Positions 39,501-52,115 of a DNA stretch of 64,000 bases are shown one piece after another. A model generated the notes under the pieces. That model searched no databases. It was not told where the DNA came from and worked only from the letters and a program-made list of their open reading frames with translations. The DNA lies in NCBI GenBank assembly GCA_012295275.1, contig CM022679.1, positions 11,842,001 through 11,906,000 on the forward strand, written 5' to 3'. The translations under genes were made by a program, and so were the position numbers. Position 1 is the first letter of the stretch. Each line of letters starts with the position of its first letter. This DNA is from Chrysomallon squamiferum (Eukaryota > Animalia > Mollusca).

Positions 39501-40690
39501 CAAGTAGTCACTAACTTCTTCAATTTTCAACAGAAACTGCCGTCATATCCACAGCATCATTACCAGATATATATTTTTGTTCATTCATGGAAATGTATTT
39601 TTATTTCATTGCTTTAGAAAACATTTTACACTATAAATTGGAGTCGAGTAAATTATACTGAAATGTATTTATTACATTTTAATAAGTTTGCTAGGGAAAA
39701 TGCCAACAACACACGTATATATATATCCTCAGACACATACACTGATAAGCAAACGAATAAAAAAAATTATCTTACGGCATTGTGTAAATAAGTATGTGAC
39801 CACACACACACACACACGTGCGCGCACACATATATATTTGTGTGTGTCTGTGATATGACTAGGATTAAAATCACTGGTTAAACTTAGGTTTTCGTCTACA
39901 TAATAATAATATATTGAATTTATATATATATATTTTTTTTTAACTGCATTCAAGCACTGTATTCAGATGTTGTTTTGTAACTACATAATTTAATATTTTA
40001 TATAGATTTTTATATACAGCTCTTTCAGAAACTATTTCAGGATGTGTATCCCAAAGTCTATAATTATTTTAAAACCCATCAAGTGACTTTTGTTTTCAAA
40101 AGGTTTCTGACAAAATCGTAAAACAATATGTATATGTAAAGATGTATGGGGCGGTTAGTAATTAAATGTTTATGAAGAATACAATATCATTTTCTTTTTC
40201 CATGTATTTGTTACCAAAATTACTGACTATTTTTAATAGCAGTAAGTGCTGATAATACAAATCTCCTTCGGCAATATTAGACTCTTATCAAGACAGTTAT
40301 GACAGTGATAGACCCAGAGCTGTTTTCTTATCTCTGGAAGGTAATATACTATCGTATTCGCTAACTTACTAATGGATCACTTGCTTTATTTCTTAATTTT
40401 TTTTCATTCGTCAAAATTTAAAAACAGAAAATTTAAATTTTCAAAATGTTCAAAACAAATTTTTGAATCGAGGCTCTTTGTTTGTTTGTGCTCACAACAT
40501 TTTCTTCCTTTTGTATTTACCGTCCATTTTTCATTCTATATGTACTGTCACAATGGTTCTTGAAAGAGAGGATGTAATTTTCACTTCAGCATGCTAGTGT
40601 ATACATTTTGTTAGAAGGTAATTATCGGTGTTAATATGATGGAAATTGGACCTGAATAAAGTGAACTTTGAAATACTTTACAAAAAAAAA

Positions 40691-40724
<34 letters not shown>

Positions 40725-42875
40725 TTAGAGAGAAGACAGAGAGAGAGAGAGAGCCTAGAACAAAACAAAACAAATACAAATTATATTCTCACGTACAAGC
40801 AGACATTTTGTGTTTTTGCCATGACATCAGGGCTGCTATTTTATGCAATAACCTTAATACAATTAAAATAGCAATAGATACTTTAAAGAACAATAATTAA
40901 ATAATAATAACAAAATCAACAAATACAATGCTTACAACAACCTTGATATTTGCCAAAAATTTTACTTTAATAATAATAATATATATATATTTAATTTATA
41001 TTTACTGCAAAAAAAAAAAGACAAAGATCAAAATGTCAACATAACTGAACATTATTAAGTGCCCAAAATTAGAAAAAAATAATACGCATTTCTTTATAAA
41101 CTTCATTCAGTGAAAAGGTAAAGTTTGCAGAAAAAATATAAGATTATATATACATTTTTTTCTTACATTCATTTATATCATGTTTATAAAGTATATTTAA
41201 AACTTTCTCAAACACCCATGGCCTGTGCAGGTCAGGTACCTCAAGTCAAAATGTATCAACTCCAAATTACATTTCTGGTATAAAAATCTGCCTCCTATCA
41301 TAGACCCTTGATCCAATTGCTTTTGATCTTGAGGTTATAATGAAGGCATTTTCAGAATATGCTTCCTTCTCTCAGTCTATCTGCTGTTTCTCTACATGGC
41401 TAGATCTTATATACAGCCATCTTCATACCAGTTAGCTGTCTTTCTGCTTGGAACCAACCAATGAGTTAGTCTGGACAAGAGTTTATTTTCTATTACTATA
41501 AACTTGGTGTTAATGAATCTGTTATTGTGACTCTCCAGTACCTTATCTTCATTGACAGAAATGAACATGGATTAATTTAAACACAAGCAATAGAAAATAT
41601 CATATCAACAAAAATTTCCCATTACAAAATCAGTAAATAAATATGCAGAAAAGAAGAGTAATGAGAACACCAAATGTGGTTTATTCCATTTAATCTATTT
41701 CATTGCCAACAAATAATGGCGGTTGCTATTTCACTATAATGATGCCTATTAAAAGGACAAACTTTATCTTCAGTGTGATAAACTAGTAAAAAGGCACACC
41801 TAAAGTGAAAAGAATCAAATAAAAGCAACTATTTTAAGACTTATTTAAATCTCAAAATCGGTACAATATATTTGTTTTCTTCTATTATTTCATAAATGAT
41901 ATATTAGCACTTTGGGTCACTCCACCCCTGAACTTCATGAACCTGATTATTTTAGATTATTTTAAAATAGCTGCCAAAATATTTTATTTGGGGCTAAGGA
42001 TGGATTAATTTCAATACAATATTCATAATAAATAAAATAACAACAAAATTAACACCACAAAAATAAAAAATAGTAAGCGTAAACTTATTACTTCTTGTTT
42101 AATCTGTTTGAAAATTTGTATTTTTATATTATGATATTATGTTTAATTTCCATAATTAATGAAAGTCATAAAATGTCTTTTCTCAAGAGCAAAAATAACA
42201 GATTCAATTTAAATCAGTCACACTTGCATAATAACTGACAGTAAATATATTACAAAATTATTTAAAAAATTATATTTACATTATCAGATTAAAGGCTATA
42301 CTTATGTGTACATTTAAACTTTTTGAAATATTAATGCACTGCAGTTTAAGATACAAATGCATTTACAATAAAATAATCAAAATTAACAAATCAAAAACTG
42401 AAGGCAAAAAAACCCAAACAAATGTAAACAAAAATACAAAAACAAAACAAAACAAACCCACAAGAATAGCAAAAACTATATCCTCCACCAGATAATAAAG
42501 AAATTAAGGTAAGGCAATTAAATAACAAGATACATACAGCATAACAGATAAATACTGATCCATTGCAAAGATGCCTCATCAATTGTGTCATAAAAGCACC
42601 ACAAAATTTGTATTACTAAATAACAATCAAATATTAATATTTCCATGTACAATTAATGAAAGTAATCTTTATTACTTTTGTGTAAATTTTGTAACTGATG
42701 AAAATGGGTAACTTAATCATATTTATAAATTCATCAATGCAATCAAAAAGTAATAGGTTCAAAGATATATATTTAACTAAATATATCATATCAATTAAGG
42801 TAAACAGGTCACAAGTGAAAAAGCTGAGGAACACATCAACATGTAGAATTCTTTTACATGTGTGAAAACACCTGT

Positions 42876-44388
42876 TTAGTAATGAGGAGGTCCACTTGGA
42901 TAATCTGAAATAAAAAAAATGTACTTCAGAAACAACCATCAAACCCATAAATGAAACAACGTCCAGAAACAGAATTCTTTTGCGTTTTTGAACAATATCC
43001 TGTAAATTGTGTTGTTAATTTTATTGGAGATAATCATTTTATCTTGTGAAGGTGGGTACTCTGCTTGTGGAGCTGGATATCCTTTTTGTTGTGGTGGTGG
43101 ACAGGAACAAGGATGTGGAGCTGAAAAGAAAATTTTAAATGTCAAACAATAGAATTTTATTATTATTATTATTATTAACTTTTTTATACATTTTTTATGT
43201 CAAATAAAATTAATAAATAAATAAAAATTAAATGTGTATTTTATAAAAAAAAAAAAAATCCAAATCAAACTTTTCTAGAGTAAGGCAATAAAAGAAAATG
43301 AATTATGATGGAAAAACAGATACTTTTTCACTGCCTGATACATGATATATATTGAACAAAATATTTGTGATTCATATTTGCCATATCTTCTGGTCTTTCC
43401 ATGCTTCTCATATTCTAAGTGAGGAGCTGGGAACCCAGGAACATAAGATTACTGAAAAATCAGTTAATTTAGGATTTTATTAACATAGGAGAGTAACAAA
43501 TGTATTTAATATTGTTAAATCCTATCTTAAAGACTGAAGAAAGGGCACACTTAACAGTTGATCTCTTTTGGAGGCAAATAGTGAAATATCAAAAATATAT
43601 ATAATCTTTATTCCTTTTTGATTGATAAGCTTTACACACAATTTAAAAATTATCGTCCTATTACAGTTTTGCACATTCTAAAATTTTATTCTTTTAAAAG
43701 GCAAATACTTAATACTTACAGGTACAGAATAACCTTTTCAGTAAAGAGTAAACACCCTGAAAAGAAAAAGTTTAGAATTTTTCACTTTTATTAGTTGTCT
43801 TTTCATTTTTTTCTTTCTTTCTTGTCATTTGCCAAACAATAACTTTTGAAACAACACTTAGCACAAATGTGACGTTACTATAAAAATCAACAAAATTAAA
43901 TTAATGTTAATTAATTAAGCAATAAAATAATAACAACTTCATTTTTAGTGTTGTGTATAGCCATTTTTTTTGTTGACACTTATAGTTAGCCAGTTAGCAG
44001 AATTATATGAAATACAAAACAGATCACAACAAGTAAGCTAATTAAAACTGTTCATCAAATGCTGAAAAAACATTCTGATTGGTTTTATGGTTTTACTACC
44101 CAATGTTGTCATTAGTTTTATTCTTTTGATTGTTTTTATATTATTAACATAATGATGTACAGAGAAACAATTGTGATTGTTTTAATATGTATATATGGTT
44201 AAAAATTAAATTACAAATAAAATATTTAAACTGAAATGAAATATGGTTTTTCTTACAAATTTTTTAGCTGTTTTCTTCATTTTCTTAAGACTGTTTTTCG
44301 TTTTCTTGGGAAAATGTTTCCACTCATAATCTGATTAATCAGATGAACTAGAACTTGAACTTCCCCATTCTTCTGACTCATCAAAACT
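42876..44388 (-). pseudogene. Small four-exon gene relic with a Ser-rich/basic start and Pro/Tyr-rich end; product unknown
   Basis: Exons 44388-44257, 43756-43720, 43120-43043 and 42904-42876 have pyrimidine-AG acceptors and phase continuity 0/1/1. Lesions are one in-frame TAA and one donor reading ATAAAA instead of GTAAAA. Confidence 0.5.
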
Positions 44389-44623
44389 CTAATAAATATA
44401 TAAACAAGGTAACTGACAACTATAATTAATTATTCATATCGCTAATTTGTATTCATTGTCAGTAACTCATTTCAAAGTTTGTTCTATAACAGTCAAAATT
44501 TCAGAATAAGAGGCAACATTAACAAAACATTCAACCAACCATTATATTGCGTTGCACTTGCTATATTACTATTGATAATTACCAGTATGTTTTAAGAATT
44601 CTCCCTCACAAAAAAAAATATTA

Positions 44624-44646
44624 AATAATAATAATAATAATAATAA

Positions 44647-44677
<31 letters not shown>

Positions 44678-44688
44678 AAGAAGAAGAA
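44624..44688. repeat. (TAA)n-(GAA)n compound microsatellite
   Basis: taa run switching to gaa run. Confidence 0.93.
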
Positions 44689-44754
44689 AAAAATTTAAAT
44701 TTAAAAAACAAGTAATTTTTTTTTTTTTTTTTAAATTATAATTCAGTCATTCTC

Positions 44755-45310
44755 AGTGCTGCCGGCCTTATGAGTAGGTATGTGCAAATAACCCTTTTCA
44801 CTCTCACGAGATTCCTGCGCGATCTTTGCTGGGCGATCGCCAGAGTGCACAGCGTCAGCAAAGTGCTGTTTCAAAGCTTCTATTCTTTCGGTCCATTTGA
44901 AAAATGTTTTTAAAGAAACTTAGTTTGATGACGTAGTATACATATCTTGCTACAAGCTCGCTTTCGATTTTTGAATATTGATCAAGGAGAAGTTTATCCA
45001 ATTTTTGATTAAAAAAATCTTTCTGAAAACCCCAGAAACGTCATTGATCAATGGAAAAATCTCGGGTGAGTTCAGCAATCAAAATACGTTCTCCGTATAT
45101 ATCTACTTATTATCTGCTATTGTGCTTAATTTCAACAAATTTATTGGTTGCCAGCGATGACTCTATTTTTGCGAAAAGATGAATACGCGGACGCAAAGCC
45201 CGCGCTTCAGAGGATCGATAATGACGTGCGAGTTCAAGTCACGTGACGTCAACAGCGCTTTCTGATTGGTTCATACCGGTACGGTAAATTTCAGCTAACT
45301 AGTTCGATTA
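44755..45310. other. CpG-rich block with E-box/CRE and CCAAT motifs (promoter or non-autonomous TE)
   Basis: Abrupt CpG enrichment; gtcacgtgacgtca at ~45238-45251 and ctgattggt at ~45262-45270. Confidence 0.35.
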
Positions 45311-47236
45311 ATTAATTAATTAAAATTAGCAACTAATAAATATTAGCAACTTTTTTAAAAATACATTACAGATTTAAAACTCTTAAAAAATTTCATTTTG
45401 ATATATAATATACATACAGTGGATTGAAGCTATATAAGCTATTCAGTGTTTATGCTGCAAACTGACAGAAACGGATCACGCTTTGTCAGTAGATTATGAA
45501 GGAAAAATACCCGCACATTTTTTCCGATACAAATTCGTAACTTGTTTTTTCGTATCAGTGCTGTCAAAGAGATCTTGGTGTCATTTTAATTTTAATTTTT
45601 TTCTTTCTAATGATGTATAATGTTTTAGGAAAATAATAATTTTGAATATTTTGTCACATATCTATAATCTATAATGTTACAGTATTTTACTCTTTTGTTT
45701 AGCGTAATATTTAAAAGCAGACTTAAGCATTTTTCTTAACTTTCCGGTTATATGTGAAATTTAATAAAAAATTTGTTTTGTGTTTTTTTTTTTTTTTTGG
45801 TTTGTTACATAAACTTTTTATGAAAACTATTATAGTTACTACCATCGTAACTATGTAATAGAAATCTCAATCCAGAAACTGTCACAAACTTACTTCAGTT
45901 TAACACTCCAACCCCAAATTGGCAAAAGATTCAGAATTAATAATTATATCGATACCTCGCTTCTTCGTGGAAGAAATTCGGTAGATGTTTTTACCTTATA
46001 AATTATTAAAAAGCTATAACCAATATAATTTTATATCTTAAAAAATACTGTATACATTCCAGACTTTATCAGCATTTCGCAATAAACAAATAAAAGTGTT
46101 CTAAATATCTTTTTGATAGCGATTAAACACACTCGGAAAACATCGGCCCACTCCGTAAATGAGATCAGTTGAATTCGTATGTTTTTTGAAGTGTTACCTT
46201 TAACATTCTGACATTCTCTACGGTTGATTTTTGATACACAATTTAAATCATAGCCTATTAGATCAATTTAGAAATCTGTCTACATTTGTTATAGTTTTAA
46301 CTGATAACCCTCTGGAAATAACTCAGAAATATATTACTTTGGGATAATAATTTAATACATTTTTTATTTTATTTTATTTTTTTTTTATTTTTTTTTTTAT
46401 TTTTTTTTATATATCTTTACCTTATATATGCATACAGTAAATGCTAGTGTAGAATTACACAACTAACAATAATTTGATTTTTTTAATTTATAAATTAAAG
46501 TCTACCTGTTGATAGCACTGATTTTACTTAATCGGTATAGTATCCATGATATCGCGATAAGAGGTGCGAGCAATAAAGTTCTTTGTAACCTAAACAGTTA
46601 AATCTAGTGACCGGAGCAGATCTGTTTTTCGGAAAGTTTTTTTTTTTTTTTTTTATTTTTCCTTTTCTTTATATATATATATTTCAACACTGTATAATTA
46701 AATAAATTCAGACTATTAAACATAAAAATTACTAAGATAAGTAAATAAATAATGATAATGATGATTACAAAAATTATTAAAAAAAAAAAAAAAATTTGTA
46801 TAAATATAGTTAAAAGAGTGATGAAAACAATACATCTGGACCTTTTTCTATAAACATCTTGTGCATTGGTCTCCTATATCTGTTGTGTTTTCTTCGTTAT
46901 TTCTATTTTGAAATATTTGTAATATTTTGTAGCCATATTGAGCCTCGATAATTTGCGTTTGGATAGAGTTGACTGGCTTCAGTAGAAGCAACCATCTAAT
47001 GTCTTGCTTATAGAGGGCTTTTTGCCCCATTCTGTCATACTAAAATTAATAGAAGGGATAGAAGAAAGATATTAAAATATATTTTATTATAGAAATCTGA
47101 TGTCTTTTAATAGATAGCAATATAGATTGTTGTAAATATTCGTGTTTATATGCAAAATATCGAAAAATAACACAAAAGAAAACGTATATTAAATATTATT
47201 GTATGTCTCTTCTGTATCATAATCTATATGACTCTC

Positions 47237-47668
47237 CTATTTCATAATCCGGTCTTTGTGATAACTAATTCTTGTGACCACTGTTGGATAGGTATAACTA
47301 CATGTTCCATCCTCGAGCACTCAAAAAGATACCAAACCAACGACTAAGCCATTACAAATTAAAGGACTTCCCAAATCAGCCTTTAAAAAAAAAGAGATTG
47401 ACATTAACATTTGGTTGACTCTTCGGTTTGGAAGTGTCTGGATGTTTGCATTTTAGGATATGTAGATGATATCAACAGAAGGTTATATTTAAATGAAGTT
47501 TTATTCAATTTATATTACGAAGAAAATATTAACAGCTGGGCAAATGTAACCAAAAAATTCTTCGTTCCTTCAAAATACATAATAAAAAAATAACAACCAA
47601 GAAGAAGAAGAAATGAAAAAAAAAAAACAAATCAACATAAAACCACAAATAAAAATAATAAGAATAAA

Positions 47669-47703
<35 letters not shown>

Positions 47704-48885
47704 CAACAAACAAAACAAAAGAAGAATTGTATTTTTAAAAATTAAACTAACCAGCAAATTGTTTTTATCCTCCTCATGTACTCAAAGTTGACCTTCACCA
47801 ATATTAATGGTAGTACAATTATTTTGACAAACTTCATTGGATATAACAGTTAAATTTACTTCTTGAAAAATTGTCGGGAATACAGTGGTTGCTGAAAGAC
47901 AGCATTATTTCAGAATTATTTGGAACATTTCACTAAGTGAGGTTTAAAAATAATAATGATAAAAAATAAAATAAAATAAAGTAATTATTTTTTTAATTTA
48001 CAGCTACTTCTTAGTCGTTGCCTGTATTTGCTTAGCCAACAGCATAACTATATAAATCAATTGATAATGATAATAATAATAATAATTATAATAATAATAA
48101 TAATCTAACTCATAAGGAACTTGATAACGTAAGAATACCCATAACTGTTTTATCAGTAAACATTTATCGATGGAAAGAAATAGTCAAATATTATTATGAA
48201 ATTAAAATCGAATCTGAGTTACCGTACCCCTGTGGATTCCACAAATTATAGTTAATTAAATTAATTGTTTTTATAGTAATTAAACTATATCTTCGCATTA
48301 TATCTATTTTGAATTTTGTAATGTCGATAAACAACTAAACTCATACTGAAAGAGATAAATAGAAATAATAATAAAGTCACACAATTGGTGCTCCCCCAGC
48401 CAGTGAAAACGCAGACTTTGTTAGCAAAGTCATATGATCCTGTTGTAATGCTCACTAACCATGTTGACTTCTTGCAGTGATATAACAATCCCTTTTGTTC
48501 CATCTGTATGTCCAGCAAGAATTCCCAAGAGGGCTATGAAGAAATGTTATTATAAACTGAAGAATTATCATCGATACTACAAAAACACAACACCCCAAAA
48601 AATGGACAATAGTAGAAATTACTGCTACTATTACTAGTACACTATTCCTACTTCTACTACTGCTATGGTTACTACTACTACAGTTTCTGCATTATATTTC
48701 ACTCTGAACAATTACTACCAAAGGTATTATTTTATGTAATGTAGTATTTAAGATAAAGATGCCTTTATGGAAAGAAAGAAAAAGCATTCCTTCTCATTTA
48801 AGCCATTTTGGTAACTAATTTAATATGGCAAATGATTAGCAATTTATATTATTGCGTCTCTTTCTCTATGTATCTATATTATTGC

Positions 48886-48952
<67 letters not shown>

Positions 48953-50026
48953 AATATGACACGCTATCTTTCTCACTTTGTCCAATCGACGCATCGAACT
49001 GTCGTAAGAATCTTGCTTGCTGATATGATGACACAACTGCACGTGTGATATACAGAGTACATCAAAGAACAAATGTAAGGGAAGTCTGCTATGTTAGAAT
49101 CGGTGCCTCCAATTATTCGATATTCAGGTATGGCTTAAAGGAAGTCTGATCGAAAACAACAATATATAAAACAAAAACAGGGACCTTTCAAGAAAAATCA
49201 GATAATTTATTATAATTATTACACATGGATTTAAGTGCTACCATACATTATTTTACTTAAACATCAACAAACTATCTGAACTGAAACACTGAACATTTCT
49301 GTTTGTAATAATAATAATAATAACAATAACAATAATAATAATAATCATAATAATAACAATAACGACGACGACAATGAGGATACTGATTAAAATAAATAAA
49401 TTTAATAATCAACTGCAATAATTAAAAAAAGATGATAATGTATGTATGTATGTATGAATATATGTATATATAATTTGTGTGTGTGTGATCATTTATTTTA
49501 TTTAAAAAAGTCAACTGTCACCACTCTGATTTTATTTTCATACTAGACATATTTATTTCTCTCGAGACATAGATTACAATACTATATTATATATTACAAA
49601 TGAAATCATAGCTCGATCAGTAATTGATTTACAGTTAAAGTGGTTATTTGTTTTTTTAAATAATATTTACTGCCAACCAAAACCTTAATTGAATTTATTT
49701 CTTTCGGATTCACAATGCAGTCCATGATTAATGTTGATTTATTAACGTTTTAACTGTCGCATTGTACATAAATACATTGCCTAAATACTGTCTGTATATT
49801 TCCAAGTTATTGTGTGTGTATGTGTGTTTGTTGTTGTTGTTCTTCTTCTTGCTAAAATGAAATGTATGGCTAAGTTTCATGTTATCAGATATCATTTTAT
49901 GCACTTAATACGATATTTGATAATTTTATGCTTAACCTTAAAAGAAACCATATTAGGTTCTGTTTTTATCTGGTGTAGATACTTACTGTTCAGTAATGAA
50001 AAGGAAACAACATGCATGGACCACAT
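47237..50026 (-). pseudogene. Trypsin-fold (S1A) serine protease homolog B, non-catalytic and disabled
   Basis: Exons 50026-49987 (MWSMHVVSFSLLN), 49133-48977 (EYR-IIGG..DFPYICSL..HTC..KILTTVRC), 48533-48460, remnant ~48443-48383 (CVFTGWGST), 47891-47752 (FQEVNLTVISNEVC..GQL*), 47380-47237 (ADLGSPLICNG..VSF*..YPTVVTRISYHKDRI). Confidence 0.88.
48887..48951. repeat. (CT)n microsatellite
   Basis: Perfect tc run. Confidence 0.95.
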
Positions 50027-50643
50027 TAAAAACAGAAGAAAAAAACAACAATAACGTAATAAAATAATAAAAATAATAATAATAATAAATAGTAATAATA
50101 AATAATATACCAGTCTGGTAAGCACGATACAACATCATCTGCCAGAAAAGTATCAGTGACAACAAATAACCCCACAGCAAACGGGAAGAAAGAAGGATAC
50201 TAGGAGAGAACTTTACATACAAACAAAGCAAAAGAAAATCGCACACCAGCTGCTCGGTGCAAAACCTTGCAGATAGCTGATTTAGAGTCCAAAGTGTATC
50301 AAGTGTCATGTCAATCGTTAGCCGGCCTACTCTCAGAAGGAATAAAGTGTCGAGAAGACAAACTTGACACAAGAGATAAAGTAATAAAGAAGCAGATGGG
50401 ACAACAACAAAACAGTGCAATCATTAAATGTATTTTATTTCGATAACAAGTACCAGCTATGTTTTCAGTTTTCAATCCAATTCAGATAATGACTTAATTT
50501 GACGAACACGTTCGGATGATGAGTGCTGCACACGTCATTTATAATGATGTGCCAGGAGGCTATACCAGCTATCTTCCCACCACACATCAGAGGGCTTCCC
50601 AAATCGCCCTAAATAAACAATAACTAATAAAATACATTCTATA

Positions 50644-50772
<129 letters not shown>

Positions 50773-51446
50773 AAAAACATGGTAAAGAAAATATCTTATT
50801 ATTTGTGCGCATCATTTTTAAATCTTATATTTGTTAGCTTGAAATGCTGTGATTCAGAATTGGAAGTTAAATTCTGTTTGCCTAAAACTCTTTTTTTCCT
50901 TCTTAATTTCTCTTTTTATAGCATTACTATAATAACAACTACTAGTACTGTTATTGGTATTTTTAATACACGTATGAACACCGCTATACCAATATTTATA
51001 TTATTTCATATAATATCTGTTGTTGCTTCTTCTACTACTCTAAATTTCACTATCATTACTGCTACAGTTTCTGCTGATGTTATTATTACTTTCCTACACG
51101 TCTACTACACTAATATTAATGTTAGTAAAATACTTCTTTCAATGGCAAGCACAGTTCTTTTTCTCTTCATTTTTTTTGAATGTGAATAAATATCCTATTG
51201 TTTTTCTGTTACCTCACCACGCAGATCGAGGTGCTGATCTGCTTTGTACAAATATGACCTTCACCAGTGTGATCTAGACCTACGTCAGCCTGGCAGCTTG
51301 CAGAATCTATCACAGTCGTGTTGGTCATTTGCTGTAACTTAGGCAACTCTGGCAAAGATCTTAAAAATCATTACAAATAAGCTATTAATTGTATATTGAT
51401 GAATTGTCAAAACCTATACTATTCTGTAATTCATAATTAAGGTCAG

Positions 51447-51501
<55 letters not shown>

Positions 51502-51502
<1 letters not shown>

Positions 51503-52084
51503 AGTGGAACCTCGGGTTACGAACTTAATTGGTTCCAGTTCTCGGTTCGTAAACCGAATTATATGTAAACCGAAGCGATGTCAGACACACGAACGCCATT
51601 CTCATGTTTTGCAGTTATTTCCTTCTTAAACTCTACTGTGATACGTTTATACTTTCCATCAGCATTATCGCTTTCACTTGTTTTTCTTGGGCGCCATATT
51701 CGACAGGGATTAATAAAAAAAAAAAAACATATATATATACACACATAAAAGCAGCAACGCTTTAAAAAGTGCGAACGCACAATCTCATTGTAAAATAACT
51801 ATTGACCTGCAACTGCGTATTGAAGACTAAAGGCCCTAATTCATGATGTACATTTCCTATAGGGCATGCTTATCTTATAATCCTTACTTTGACCTTGGTA
51901 TTGACGTAAGCATGTATTCTTATACTTTATTGGATGTTGACGTCAAACGAAATCTTGTCGTGGCGCATCGCTGTAGTTCGTAACTCAGGACATTATTCCT
52001 AAACCGATACGAAAATTGCCGAAGATCACGGTTCATATTCCGATTTTTTCGAGCTTCGAGGCGTTCGTAACCCGAGGTTCCACT

Positions 52085-52085
<1 letters not shown>
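51502..52085 (-). mobile_element. Tigger/pogo-family non-autonomous DNA transposon (internally deleted)
   Basis: 23-bp TIRs cagtggaacctcgggttacgaac / gttcgtaacccgaggttccacta with TA on both sides, inside a (TAA)n tract. Internal CENP-B-like HTH fragment KRITVEFKKEITAKHENGVRVSDIASVY (51559-51690). Confidence 0.92.

Positions 52086-52115
<30 letters not shown>

Noticed and set aside
41200-41570. GC-richer block that may be a decayed TE or exon
   Set aside because: Stops in all frames examined and no diagnostic motif or termini.
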